Origin: an uncultured delta proteobacterium
Lineage (GTDB): Bacteria; Desulfobacterota; Binatia; Binatales; Binataceae
DNA length: 64,000 bases
NCBI GenBank assembly: GCA_963711565.1
Contig: CAVQEQ010000003.1
Span: forward strand, 1,376,001 to 1,440,000
Reading direction: 5' to 3'
Below, one piece after another: positions 9,604-19,679 of the stretch; position 1 is the first letter of the stretch, and each line of letters starts with the position of its first letter. Below the pieces are notes generated by a model. That model was not told the origin of the DNA. It searched no databases and saw only the letters and a list, made by a program, of their open reading frames with translations. Position numbers and translations under genes: made by a program.

Positions 9604-11103
9604 CTACGGGTCGAACGCAGTAGTAGTGTGGATTCCTTCCGCGCCGCCGGCGGAATGGAATGCGTTGGCGGCGGACGCCATGTACGGCTCGGGATAAACT
9701 CCAATCAAGATCGTGGCGAGCGCGGCCAGACCGATCGCCGCCACCAGCGCGGGCCGACTACTCAGTCGCTCGACTTCGATACCGCCCTCCTGCATATACA
9801 TCGCGACTAATACATAAAAGTAGTAATAGGCAGACACTACACTATTGAGTACTGCGATTATTACCAGTCCGACGTATCCCTGCCGCAGCGCCTCGCTGAA
9901 AATAAAGAACTTGCCGACAAAGCCGGCCATCGGTGGGACCCCGGCCAGAGACAACAGGAAGATTGCCATCGCGCCGGCGAGCAACGGCTGCCGCATCGCC
10001 AGGCCGCGAAAATCGCTGATTTGATTGCCGGTTTCGCCGCGCCGTTCGAGTGCGATTACTACTGCGAATGCGCCGAGATTCGTGAATGCGTAGCCGAGCA
10101 GGTAGTACAGAATCGCCGGGCCCGATCGCACTCCCGCCGCCAGCCCGAGCAACAAGTAACCGGCGTGCGCGATCGCGGAGTACGCAAGCATCCGCTTGAT
10201 ATTGGTCTGGACGACAGCGATTAGATTTCCGGCGGTCATCGTCAGCGCCGCGACTATCCATAAAACGATCTGCCAGTGCGCGCCGACCGCCGGAAAATCG
10301 ACGAGGAACACGCGGACGAAGGCGGCGAACGCGGCGAGCTTAACGCCCACCGCCATGAATGCGGTCACGGGCGTCGGCGCGCCCTCGTAAACGTCGGGCG
10401 TCCACATGTGAAACGGCACCGCCGCGACCTTGAAGCCGAAACCGATCACCAGCAAGCCGATGCCGAGCAGCAAGAGCGGATTTGATCCCAGCGCGCCTGA
10501 GGCGATCGCCTCGTGAATCGGGCCGAGCTTGATCGAGCCGGTCGCCGCATACACCAGCGCGATTCCGTAGAGCAGGAACCCGGTCGAGAACGCGCCCAGC
10601 AGGAAATATTTTATCGCCGCTTCATTTGATTTCGCGTTGCGGCGCATGATGCCCGCCAGCACGTAAACTGGTATCGACATCGTCTCGAGGCCGAGGAAGA
10701 TGACGATCAGGTCGCCGGCCGTCGCCATCAGCATCATGCCGACCGCGGAGAACAACAGCAGCGAATAGTATTCGGCGCCGGGAATGCCGTTCTCGGCGGC
10801 GTAGTCGAGCGACATCATCACGGTGAACATCGCGGCGATCAAAATCAGCAGCTCGAAAAATGCCGCAAAGCTGTCGATCGAGATCGCGCCGGCAAATGCG
10901 ACGCCGGACTGGCCCACGATTCCGAGCGTGAACACGAACGCCACGCCGATCGACGCGAGCGTCACCAGACCCAATCCTTCACTTTCGCCGTCGTCGATGC
11001 GCACTCCGGCTAGCAGCACCACGATCGCAGCCACGGCCACAATCACCATCGGCAGGATCGGCAGCCAGACGAAGTTGATAGCGGCAAGGTTGAAAGGACT
11101 CAT
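9604..11103 (-). CDS. nuoN: NADH-quinone oxidoreductase subunit N
   Basis: Motifs 'EAAIKYFLLGAFS', 'FKVAAVPFHMWTPDVYEGAPTPV' and 'KRMLAYSAIAHAGY'. Confidence 0.96.
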   Translation of the reverse strand: MSPFNLAAINFVWLPILPMVIVAVAAIVVLLAGVRIDDGESEGLGLVTLASIGVAFVFTLGIVGQSGVAFAGAISIDSFAAFFELLILIAAMFTVMMSLDYAAENGIPGAEYYSLLLFSAVGMMLMATAGDLIVIFLGLETMSIPVYVLAGIMRRNAKSNEAAIKYFLLGAFSTGFLLYGIALVYAATGSIKLGPIHEAIASGALGSNPLLLLGIGLLVIGFGFKVAAVPFHMWTPDVYEGAPTPVTAFMAVGVKLAAFAAFVRVFLVDFPAVGAHWQIVLWIVAALTMTAGNLIAVVQTNIKRMLAYSAIAHAGYLLLGLAAGVRSGPAILYYLLGYAFTNLGAFAVVIALERRGETGNQISDFRGLAMRQPLLAGAMAIFLLSLAGVPPMAGFVGKFFIFSEALRQGYVGLVIIAVLNSVVSAYYYFYVLVAMYMQEGGIEVERLSSRPALVAAIGLAALATILIGVYPEPYMASAANAFHSAGGAEGIHTTTAFDP

Positions 11104-12671
11104 CGTGCAACCGCCGCAATTTCGGGCTCGTGAGCCAATGCCGGCACAGCGGCTATTCGATTCGGCTGTCGTTCAAGCTCGAGCTGAGCCTCCGCGAAGT
11201 TTGCCCGCGCGAGCATCGCAGTCACTGAGGGTTCGATGCGGCTGATGAGTGGGCGGGGGAAAAGTCCCATGAACAACATCAGCGCGATCACCGGCACCAT
11301 CACCGCGATCTCGCGAGCGGTCAGATCGCTGATCGTCTCGTTCACCGCCTTGGTGATCGGCCCGAACATCACGCGTTCGTAGGTCCATAGCAGGTAGAGC
11401 GCACCCAGGATCACGCCCACGACCGCGAAAACAGTAGCCAGCCTGAGCCGGATGAACGCGCCGAGCATGATCAGAAACTCGCCGACGAAGCCGTTGAGCC
11501 CCGGCAGCCCCATCGACGAGAGCATCACGATCATGAAGATCGCGGCGTAAACCGGCACGCTCTTCCAGAGACCGCCGAACTCGGAAATCTCGCGCGTGTG
11601 CCGCCTCATGTAGAGCATTCCGATCAGCAAGAAGAGTCCGCCGGTCGAAATGCCATGACTGAGCATCTGATAAATCGCCCCGTCGATACCCTGGGGGTTG
11701 AGCGCGAAAATTCCGAGCATCACGAAACCCAGGTGACTAACCGACGAATAGGCAATCACGCGCTTGAGGTCCGGCTGCACCATCGCGACCAGCGCGCCAT
11801 AAATGATCCCGACTACCGCGAGCGCCATGAACAGCGGAATCGCCTCAACGGCGACAGTGGGGAACAGCGGAATCGCGAAACGCAGAAAACCGTAGGTGCC
11901 CATCTTGAGCATCACGCCGGCCAGGATCACCGAGCCCGCTGTCGGCGCGTTGGTGTGCGCATCGGGCAGCCAGGTATGCACCGGCCACATCGGGACCTTG
12001 ATCGCGAACGCGAGCGCGAACGCCGCGAACAGCCACCGCGCCTGAGTAGTAGTGAGCGGCACCTGGTAGAGCAGCGGCAAATCGAAGCTGGTGCGGTTGA
12101 AATGCACGTGCGCCTGGTACACCAGGTACAGGATCGCGACCAACATCAGAAACGAGCCGACCATCGTGAACAACACGAACTTGATCGCGGCGTAAATCTT
12201 GCGCCCGTGTCCCCAGATGCCGATCAGGAAGTACATCGGGATCAGCATCACTTCCCAGAACACGTAGAAAAGGAACAGGTCGACCGAAAGAAGCGTGCCG
12301 AGCAGTCCGGTCTCCAGCACGAGCATAAAGAAACAGAACTCGCGCGGACGCTCCTCGATATCGCCGCCGCCCGAATAGAGGAGCGACAGAGTAATCAGGA
12401 TAGTAGTCAGTAGAACCAGGAACAGGCTAATGCCGTCGATACCAATATGGTATGTAATGCCGAATGACGGAATCCAGTCGTATTGCTCAACGAATTGGTA
12501 ATCCGCCATCTGCGGATTGAATTCATACAAGACATAGAAGCTGAGCGCGAGCGGCAGCAGCGAGAAGACGAACGCGGAGTTCCAAATCGCCCGCTCCTCG
12601 CTCTGCATCAGGATAAAGAGCGCGCCGATCAGCGGCAGGAAAATCAATGCTGTGAGCACGCCGCCGTTCAT
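11100..12671 (-). CDS. nuoM: NADH-quinone oxidoreductase subunit M
   Basis: Motifs 'FWEVMLIPMYFLIG', 'AIKVPMWPVHTWLPDAH' and 'LKMGTYG'. Confidence 0.96.
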   Translation of the reverse strand: MNGGVLTALIFLPLIGALFILMQSEERAIWNSAFVFSLLPLALSFYVLYEFNPQMADYQFVEQYDWIPSFGITYHIGIDGISLFLVLLTTILITLSLLYSGGGDIEERPREFCFFMLVLETGLLGTLLSVDLFLFYVFWEVMLIPMYFLIGIWGHGRKIYAAIKFVLFTMVGSFLMLVAILYLVYQAHVHFNRTSFDLPLLYQVPLTTTQARWLFAAFALAFAIKVPMWPVHTWLPDAHTNAPTAGSVILAGVMLKMGTYGFLRFAIPLFPTVAVEAIPLFMALAVVGIIYGALVAMVQPDLKRVIAYSSVSHLGFVMLGIFALNPQGIDGAIYQMLSHGISTGGLFLLIGMLYMRRHTREISEFGGLWKSVPVYAAIFMIVMLSSMGLPGLNGFVGEFLIMLGAFIRLRLATVFAVVGVILGALYLLWTYERVMFGPITKAVNETISDLTAREIAVMVPVIALMLFMGLFPRPLISRIEPSVTAMLARANFAEAQLELERQPNRIAAVPALAHEPEIAAVAR

Positions 12672-14590
12672 CGGCCCGTCACCAGGAACACGTAGTAACC
12701 TACGATCCCCAACGCGCCCAGCAGGTAGATGAATGCGTAGTGCTGGACGTTGCCGGTTTCTGCCCGACGCGCGACCTGGCCTGAAGTCTGGACGGCGAGC
12801 CCGGCGCCATCGGCGGCGCCATCGATTACGAACCCATCAATCGCGCGGTTGAAGACATTGGCCGACACCCAAAAGAGCGGACGGGTGACGATGAAATTAT
12901 ATAGTTCGTCGATGTAATACTTGTTGAGTAGCAAGTCGTACGGAGCTTTCAGCCGCCACGCAAGCAGGAACGGTATCCCCGGCAACCGGATGTACAGCAC
13001 CCAGGCGAGCGCGATTCCGATGATCGAGGCGACCAGGGGGAGCGACATTGTAACTGAACTCGCCTCGACATGCGGTGTGAACGTACCAACCGCCGGCGCG
13101 AGAAATCGCACGAACGCGTTTCCCCAGAGTAACCCGTCTGGAAGATTCACCCATCCGCCGACCGTCGCGAGAATAGCCAGTACGATTAGCGGAATAGCCA
13201 TAACCGCCGGCGATTCGTGGATGTGAGCCACCTTGTCGGAATCGACGCGCGAATCGCCGAAGAACGTCATGAAGATCAGCCGGAACATGTAGAACGACGT
13301 GAGGCCCGCGGTGATCACGCCGAGGATCCAGAGCCACGAATGTCCCGAGTCGTACGCAGCTTCGAGAATCAGGTCCTTGGAGAAATAGCCGGAGAACGGA
13401 GGTAAAGCCGCGATGGCCAGCGTCGCGATGAACATCGTCCAGAACGTGATCGGCAGCTTCTTCCGCAACCCGCCCATCTTGTTCATGTCCTGCTCGCCGC
13501 CCAGCGCATGCATCACGGAGCCGGCGCACAGGAACAGCAGCCCTTTGAAGAACGCGTGCGTCATGACGTGGAAAATTCCCGACGCGTACGCACCCGATCC
13601 GACGCCGAGAAACATGTAGCCGAGCTGGCTGATGGTCGAGTACGCGAGCACTTTCTTGATGTCCGGCTGTACGATCGCGATGCTCGCGGCGAACAGCGCG
13701 GTGACCGCGCCGACAGTCGCAACCACGTCGAGCGTGCTGGGCGCCATCGTGTAGAGAAATCCGAGCCGCGCAATCATGTACACGCCGGCGGTGACCATCG
13801 TCGCCGCATGAATCAGCGCGCTGACGGGAGTCGGGCCGACCATTGCGTCGGGCAGCCAGACGTAAAGCGGAATCTGCGCCGACTTTCCGGTCGCGCCGAT
13901 GAAGAGCAGAAAGCCGGCCGCGGTCGCCGCAGTGACGCCGAGCAGGGCGGCATTGTTGCGGAGCTCGACGAAGTTGAGCGTCCAGACGCCGTGCGCGCCG
14001 AGCGTGGCGACGATGGTGAAAATCCCGAGCAGAAAGCCGGCGTCGCCAATTCGATTTACGACGAACGCTTTGCGCCCGTTATAGGCAAACTGAGGATTCG
14101 TGTACCAGAATGCGATTAGCAAGTAGCTACATAGCCCGACGCCTTCCCATCCTACGAACATCATTAGCAAGTTGTCCGCCAGAATGAGTATCAACATCGA
14201 TAGGGCGAACAGGTTCATGTAGGTAAAGAAGCGCGCGAAGTCCTCGTCGTGCGCCATGTAGCCGACTGAGTAAAGATGGATTAGTGCGCCGACGCCAGTG
14301 ACTATCATCACCATCACGCCCGATAGTGCGTCGATGCGCAATCCGAGGTCGGTGTGGAAGCTGCCGGCTTCGATCCATCCCCATAAAGGCATGGCGAGCG
14401 CGCCGCCCGGCGGCATCGCGAGCAGTTTCACAAATGCCCACGTCGCAACGCCGAACGCCGCGAACATCACGCCCGGTCCAACCACGTTGACCACGCCGCG
14501 TCCCCGTCTGGCGCCTAAGAACAAGTTGAACACGACGCCGAGCGCGGGGAACAGCAGGATTAGCGCGAGTGCTGGAAACTCAACTGTCAT
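12668..14590 (-). CDS. nuoL: NADH-quinone oxidoreductase subunit L
   Basis: Motifs 'GWEGVGLCSYLLI' and 'GKSAQIPLYVWLPDAMVGPTPVSALIHAATMVTAG'. Confidence 0.96.
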   Translation of the reverse strand: MTVEFPALALILLFPALGVVFNLFLGARRGRGVVNVVGPGVMFAAFGVATWAFVKLLAMPPGGALAMPLWGWIEAGSFHTDLGLRIDALSGVMVMIVTGVGALIHLYSVGYMAHDEDFARFFTYMNLFALSMLILILADNLLMMFVGWEGVGLCSYLLIAFWYTNPQFAYNGRKAFVVNRIGDAGFLLGIFTIVATLGAHGVWTLNFVELRNNAALLGVTAATAAGFLLFIGATGKSAQIPLYVWLPDAMVGPTPVSALIHAATMVTAGVYMIARLGFLYTMAPSTLDVVATVGAVTALFAASIAIVQPDIKKVLAYSTISQLGYMFLGVGSGAYASGIFHVMTHAFFKGLLFLCAGSVMHALGGEQDMNKMGGLRKKLPITFWTMFIATLAIAALPPFSGYFSKDLILEAAYDSGHSWLWILGVITAGLTSFYMFRLIFMTFFGDSRVDSDKVAHIHESPAVMAIPLIVLAILATVGGWVNLPDGLLWGNAFVRFLAPAVGTFTPHVEASSVTMSLPLVASIIGIALAWVLYIRLPGIPFLLAWRLKAPYDLLLNKYYIDELYNFIVTRPLFWVSANVFNRAIDGFVIDGAADGAGLAVQTSGQVARRAETGNVQHYAFIYLLGALGIVGYYVFLVTGR

Positions 14591-14600
14591 TGGGTGTTCG

Positions 14601-14903
14601 TCACCATCTCATCAGCGTTAAGTCGTCGGCGTGGACGGTCTCGCGATTGCGGAAGGTCGAGATGATGATGCCCAGGCCAACGGCCGATTCCGCCGCCGCC
14701 ACCGTCATCACGAAGAACACGATCACCTGGCCGTCCATCGAGCCGAGCCGGCTGCCGATTGCGATGAAGGCCAGGTTCACGGCGTTCAGCATCAGCTCGA
14801 TCGACATGAACATCACGAGAATGTTGCGGCGGATGATCACGCCGGCCACGCCGATGGCAAAGATTATCGCGCTCAGCGACATCATGTAGGGGAGTGGAAT
14901 CAT
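14601..14903 (-). CDS. nuoK: NADH-quinone oxidoreductase subunit K
   Basis: Motifs 'SIELMLNAVNL' and 'VAAAESAVGL'. Confidence 0.96.
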   Translation of the reverse strand: MIPLPYMMSLSAIIFAIGVAGVIIRRNILVMFMSIELMLNAVNLAFIAIGSRLGSMDGQVIVFFVMTVAAAESAVGLGIIISTFRNRETVHADDLTLMRW

Positions 14904-15436
14904 GATGCGGCCTTTCCCGCCGCGCGCGGATCGTTCGTGCCGGGCAGTTTGCGGGCGAGCGCGATCGAGCCGACCACCGCCGCCAGCAACAGCACCGACG
15001 TTACCTCGAACGCGATCAGGTAGTCGGTGAACAGCTTGCCGGCGAGGCTCGCCAGCGAACCATAACCTGAAGGCTCGTGAGTGAACTTCACCTGGAGATG
15101 CGGAGGCGAGAGGATCAAAAACAGCTCGGTCACCAGCAGCGCCGCCGCGAGCGAGCCGAAAAACTTGAGCACAAGATGACCCGTCGGCCCCGCTTCGACC
15201 TGAAGATTCAACAGCCAGATGACGAACAGGAACAGGACCATGATTGCGCCGGCATAGACGATGATTTGCAGAAAGCCGACCACCACCGCGTCCTCGGCGA
15301 TAAAAAGAATCGCGACGACCAGCAGCGTTCCGATCAACGCAAGCAGCGAATGGATCGGATTGCGCTGAACGATCACACCGAGCGCCGAGACCACCGCCAG
15401 CGCGCCGAGAAAGATGTAGAGGGCTGGCGGCATCAT
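14900..15436 (-). CDS. nuoJ: NADH-quinone oxidoreductase subunit J
   Basis: Motifs 'RNPIHSLL', 'LQIIVYAGAIMVLFLFV' and 'FEVTSVLLLAAVVG'; ATGA overlap with the nuoH stop. Confidence 0.94.
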   Translation of the reverse strand: MMPPALYIFLGALAVVSALGVIVQRNPIHSLLALIGTLLVVAILFIAEDAVVVGFLQIIVYAGAIMVLFLFVIWLLNLQVEAGPTGHLVLKFFGSLAAALLVTELFLILSPPHLQVKFTHEPSGYGSLASLAGKLFTDYLIAFEVTSVLLLAAVVGSIALARKLPGTNDPRAAGKAAS

Positions 15437-16557
15437 TGGACTCTCCCGGTTGCCACCACGACGAATGCCGTCAGCAGCACGTTGAACAGTCCGAGCGGCA
15501 CCAGTCCTTTCCATCCGAGCCGCATCAACTGATCGTAGCGAAAGCGCGGCAGCGTCCATCGCACCAGGCCGAGAAAGATGCACAGCGCGACGACCTTCAC
15601 CAGGAATGCGACGATGCCGAGGATCGATACTGCCAGCGCGGGGACGGCGAGAAATGCGCCGCCCGGCAGGTGAAAGCCGTCGTGCATCAGCCACGGAACC
15701 TGCCATCCGCCGAGAAAAAAAGTTGTCAGCAGCATCGCGACAAGTGCCTGCTCGGCGAAGTCGGTCAGCATGAAGACCGCCTGCTTGCCGCCCGAGTATT
15801 CGGTGAAATAACCCTGGATCAGTTCCGACTCGCTTTCGGGCAGGTCGAACGGGATGCGCTTGGACTCCGCCGCGCCGGCCACGAGCAGCAGAATGAACGC
15901 GAGCGGCTGCACGAAAATCCCCCAGCGCGGCAAAAATCCGAACCACACACCGCCCTGCCCGCGCACGATTTCCTGCAGGTTCAGCGTGCCAAACGTCATG
16001 ATCACCGACACGATCGCGAGTCCCATTGCCAGCTCGTACGAGATCATCTGCGCCGTCGCGCGAATCCCGCCGAGCAGCGCCCATCGATTGTTCGACGACC
16101 ATCCCGCGAGCGCGACGCCGTACACGCCGAGCCCGATCGTCGCGAGCAGGTAGAGCGCGCCGGCGTTGAGGTTGGCGGCTTCGAGCCCGATGCGATGGCC
16201 CGCGATCGAAATCGAGTCGCCGAACGGGATCACGACGAACGTGATCATCACCGGGAACAGCGCGAGGAACGGCGCCAGCGTGTGCAGAAATTTGTCCGCG
16301 CCGGCCGGAATGAAATCTTCCTTGGTGAACATTTTCACCGGGTCGGCGATGGTGGTGTTGATGATGCCGAGGTTCGGCATCCCCATGCGTTTGCCGAGGC
16401 CGGTGATCGTCACGCGATTCGAGCCGATGCGGTCCTGGATAAGCGCGCTGCCCTTGCGCTCGAAATAGAGCAGGAACAGCGACAGGTTCAATCCGAGCAC
16501 TATCATCAGGATCGCTTTGATCGCGCTGGCGACTAATTCAATTGTCACGGGCGGCAA
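15433..16557 (-). CDS. nuoH: NADH-quinone oxidoreductase subunit H
   Basis: Motifs 'ERK..A.IQDRIG', 'AQMISYE', 'PFDLPESESEL..GYFTEYSG' and 'PRFRYDQLMRLGWK'; start is TTG 16557 or GTG 16548. Confidence 0.95.
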   Translation of the reverse strand: MPPVTIELVASAIKAILMIVLGLNLSLFLLYFERKGSALIQDRIGSNRVTITGLGKRMGMPNLGIINTTIADPVKMFTKEDFIPAGADKFLHTLAPFLALFPVMITFVVIPFGDSISIAGHRIGLEAANLNAGALYLLATIGLGVYGVALAGWSSNNRWALLGGIRATAQMISYELAMGLAIVSVIMTFGTLNLQEIVRGQGGVWFGFLPRWGIFVQPLAFILLLVAGAAESKRIPFDLPESESELIQGYFTEYSGGKQAVFMLTDFAEQALVAMLLTTFFLGGWQVPWLMHDGFHLPGGAFLAVPALAVSILGIVAFLVKVVALCIFLGLVRWTLPRFRYDQLMRLGWKGLVPLGLFNVLLTAFVVVATGRVQ

Positions 16558-17038
16558 GCTCGTCGATAAGTTTGAGAATGCTTTCTTCGGTGAGATTTTC
16601 GAAGTAAGCGTCCTGATTGAGCTGGAGCATCGGCGCGGTGCCGCACGACGCCAGGCATTCGGCCGTGTCCAGCGTGAACTTGCCGTCGGGCGTCGTCTCG
16701 CCTATCTCGATTTTCAATTTCCGCCGGATGCAGTCCACGATTTTGTCCGCGCCGCGCAGCCGGCACGAGAGATTCGTGCAAACGTCGAGCAGGTAGCGCC
16801 CGACCGGTTTGCGATGGAACATCGTATAGAACGAAACCACGGCGCGCACGTGCGCGGGCGGCAATTCCATCAGGTGCGCGACGTAGTCCTGGGTCGCGTC
16901 GCTGAGCCAGCCGAACTCGCGCTGCGCGATCCACAGCGTCGGCAGCAGCGCGGCCTGCCGTGTCGGGTAGCGGCCGAGGATTTGGCGGTACTCGTCGAGC
17001 GCCGCGTCGGAAAACCTGGGTTGATCGTTCTCGGGCAT
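16538..17038 (-). CDS. nuoE: NADH-quinone oxidoreductase subunit E (2Fe-2S)
   Basis: Motifs 'VVSFYTMF', 'VCTNLSCRLRG' and 'ECLASCGTAP'. Confidence 0.93.
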   Translation of the reverse strand: MPENDQPRFSDAALDEYRQILGRYPTRQAALLPTLWIAQREFGWLSDATQDYVAHLMELPPAHVRAVVSFYTMFHRKPVGRYLLDVCTNLSCRLRGADKIVDCIRRKLKIEIGETTPDGKFTLDTAECLASCGTAPMLQLNQDAYFENLTEESILKLIDELAARDN

Positions 17039-17281
17039 GGCAGAAGTATTACAGGGCCTTCAACGTCGAGGTTCTTGAGTTCGGGAATCTAATGATTGCT
17101 ATCTAAAATTTCGCAAATCCGCCAGAGGCGCAAGCGTGACCCGATGAGGAGGTCGCGAACTTGCGGGGTTAGTCAGAACGGGTTATCTATCGTCCGCGAC
17201 TTCGAGGCAAGAGGCAGCAGTCGTTTCGACTAAACGGCCAACGCGATTTCGTTCCGGAAATGCCTCGAAAAAACTTGCGCG

Positions 17282-17863
17282 ATGCGAATAATTGCGGGAC
17301 ATGCTCACGGCCGACGGCTAAAGGCGCCGCGCGGCTTGCTCACCCGGCCGACGTCGGCGCGGGCGCGCGAGTCGATTTTCTCGCGCCTCGCGGTGCGGAT
17401 GGATCTCGACGGTGTTCGCGTGCTCGACATTTTCGCCGGCAGCGGCTCGCTCGGCATCGAGTCGCTCTCCCGCGGCGCCGCGCACGTGACGTTTGTCGAT
17501 TCGTCGCGCGATGCGGCGGCGGCGATTCGTGCCAATCTCGCGCAGCTCGAGCTTTCCGATCGCGCGCACGTGCTGGTGTCCGAGGTGCATCGCGCACTCG
17601 GCGAACTCGGACGCGCGCACGAATCGTTCGATTTGATATTTGTCGATGCGCCGTTCAAGGACGACATGAGCGCGGAAGTTTTAGCGATGCTCGGCGAATT
17701 CAACCTCGTCGCGCCCGCCGGATGGATAGTAGTGGAACAATCGAAACGCGCGCCGGCGGCGCCGTCCGCTCCCGAAGCCCACGAGCGCGCGTTCGTCGCA
17801 ACCATCGGCGATCACCGGATCGCCTTTTACCGGCGACCCGCTCCGGCGCCGAGTGCAGAGTGA
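17282..17863 (+). CDS. rsmD: 16S rRNA m2G966 methyltransferase
   Basis: Motifs 'MRIIAG..GRRL', 'TRPT', 'DIFAGSGSLGIESLSRGA' and 'FVDAPF'; lies upstream of coaD. Confidence 0.93.
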   Translation: MRIIAGHAHGRRLKAPRGLLTRPTSARARESIFSRLAVRMDLDGVRVLDIFAGSGSLGIESLSRGAAHVTFVDSSRDAAAAIRANLAQLELSDRAHVLVSEVHRALGELGRAHESFDLIFVDAPFKDDMSAEVLAMLGEFNLVAPAGWIVVEQSKRAPAAPSAPEAHERAFVATIGDHRIAFYRRPAPAPSAE

Positions 17864-17876
17864 CGGTCTGAAGAAA

Positions 17877-18389
17877 ATGACCAAAAGCAAAGAGCGCACT
17901 CCGTTGATCGCCGTTTACCCCGGCAGCTTCGACCCAATTCACAACGGTCACGTCGATGTCATCCGGCGCAGCGTCGCGATTTTCGACGAAGTGATCGTCG
18001 CCGTCACCTACAATCCGCACAAGGACGCGGCGCTGTTTTCCGGTGACGAGCGCGTCGAAATAATTCGCGAAGTCATCCACGACCTCGAGCCGCGCGCGCG
18101 GGTCGATAAGTTCAGCGGGCTGTCGGTCGATTACGCGGAACGCATCGGCGCCAAGGTGTTGATTCGCTCGCTGCGCGCCGTGACCGATTTCGATTACGAG
18201 CTCCAGATGGCGCAGATGAACAAGACGATGAGCCCGAACGTCGAGACGGTTTTCATGTTCTCGAACCCGCGGCTGTTCTTCAGCTCGTCGCACCTGATCA
18301 AGGAAGTCGCCGGCTACGGCAAGCGCCTGCCCGAGCTGGTCCCCGAACTCGTAATCGAACGCCTGCGCGCAAAGCTCAAAGTCGGTTAA
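17877..18389 (+). CDS. coaD: Pantetheine-phosphate adenylyltransferase
   Basis: Motifs 'YPGSFDPIHNGHVD' and 'LRAVTDFDYELQMA'. Confidence 0.96.
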   Translation: MTKSKERTPLIAVYPGSFDPIHNGHVDVIRRSVAIFDEVIVAVTYNPHKDAALFSGDERVEIIREVIHDLEPRARVDKFSGLSVDYAERIGAKVLIRSLRAVTDFDYELQMAQMNKTMSPNVETVFMFSNPRLFFSSSHLIKEVAGYGKRLPELVPELVIERLRAKLKVG

Positions 18390-18474
18390 GCGGTTTTTTC
18401 AAAACGCCGGGACAGATACAATCGGTGCTCGTTCATACCACCGCACGGGTGGTTAGAGATCTGGATTTAACCCA

Positions 18475-19674
18475 ATGTTGAAGCTCAATCGCAGAATCGC
18501 CGCAATCAAACCGTCCGCTACGCTGGCCGCCGACGCCCGCGCTACCGAGATGAAGCTCGCGGGAATCAACGTCATCTCGCTGGCTGCCGGCGAGCCCGAC
18601 TTCGACACGCCCGACCACATTAAGCGCGCCGCAATCAAAGCGCTCGACGCGGGCCAAACCAAGTACACGCCGGTGGGCGGGACCGCGGCGCTCAAGAAGG
18701 CGATCCAGCTGAAGCTCAAGCGCGACAACCACCTCGACTACGAGCCGAGCGAAATAATCGCGTCCGCCGGATGCAAGCAGGCCGAGGCCAACGTGATCGC
18801 CGCGCTGTTCGACGAAGGCGACGAGGTGATCATCCCAACGCCGGCGTGGGTCAGTTTCGCCGCGATGGTTTCGCTGTCGGGCGCTGAGCCGAAGTTCGTG
18901 CCGTGCTCGGAACAATCCGGTTTCATGCTCGAGCCCGAGGCTTTACGCCGCGCGATCACTCCTCGCACGCGCGGCATCATGCTCAATTCGCCGTCGAATC
19001 CAACCGGCGCCGTGTACGGTCCCGAGCAACTCACCGCGATCGCGCGCGTGCTGGTGGACACCGACATCTGGGTGATGTCGGACGACGTTTACGAGCATAT
19101 CGCTTACGGCGAGTTCGCGCCGCACTTGTTCCAGATCGAGCCGCGGCTCACGTCCCACGGCATCGTCTTCAACTCGCTGTCGAAGACCTACGCGATGACC
19201 GGATGGCGCATCGGATTTGCGGCCGGGCCGAAGGAGGCGATCGCGGCTGCCGGCCGCTTGCAGAGCCAGAACAGCGGCAATCCCAACTCCATCACGCAAG
19301 CCGCCGCCATCGAGGCGCTGACCGGCCCGCAGGACGCGCTCGCGCCGATGCTCGAGGCATTCCGCGAGCGCAACGCGCTGGTGGTCGAGCGCGTGCGGCG
19401 AATCCCGGGCTTCAGGCTGCCCAACGTTCCGCAGGGCGCGTTCTACGCGTTCCCGAACGTGTCGGAATTGATCGGCGGCCGCTTCGGCGACAAGAAAATC
19501 ACCGACGGCGACACGCTCGCGGCGTTTATCCTCGACGAGGCGCACGTCTCGCTCGTCGGCGGCAACGACTTCGGTGCGCCCAATCACGTCCGGCTTTCGT
19601 ACGCCACCTCGACGAAGAATCTGAACGAGGCATTCGATCGTATCGAGCGCGCCGTCGCGAAGCTCAAGCGCTAG
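18475..19674 (+). CDS. Class I/II PLP-dependent (aspartate) aminotransferase
   Basis: Motifs 'GEPDFDTP', 'NSPSNPTG', 'SDDVY' and 'SKTYAMTGWRIG'. Confidence 0.93.
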   Translation: MLKLNRRIAAIKPSATLAADARATEMKLAGINVISLAAGEPDFDTPDHIKRAAIKALDAGQTKYTPVGGTAALKKAIQLKLKRDNHLDYEPSEIIASAGCKQAEANVIAALFDEGDEVIIPTPAWVSFAAMVSLSGAEPKFVPCSEQSGFMLEPEALRRAITPRTRGIMLNSPSNPTGAVYGPEQLTAIARVLVDTDIWVMSDDVYEHIAYGEFAPHLFQIEPRLTSHGIVFNSLSKTYAMTGWRIGFAAGPKEAIAAAGRLQSQNSGNPNSITQAAAIEALTGPQDALAPMLEAFRERNALVVERVRRIPGFRLPNVPQGAFYAFPNVSELIGGRFGDKKITDGDTLAAFILDEAHVSLVGGNDFGAPNHVRLSYATSTKNLNEAFDRIERAVAKLKR

Positions 19675-19679
19675 CCGCG

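Noticed and set aside
17200-17269. Possible structured RNA before rsmD (TTCGAGGCA...TGCCTCGAA with an inner hairpin)
   Set aside because: Short stems are expected by chance at this GC content, and it matches no riboswitch consensus I know.
18903-19679. N-terminal extension of the 663-aa ORF, and similar extensions on ORFs 14900-16102, 47486-51562, 56368-58029, 60488-61843, 32367-33992 and 34706-36988
   Set aside because: These are out-of-frame overlaps with real neighbouring genes caused by few stops at high GC; internal starts with family-typical N-termini were used instead.
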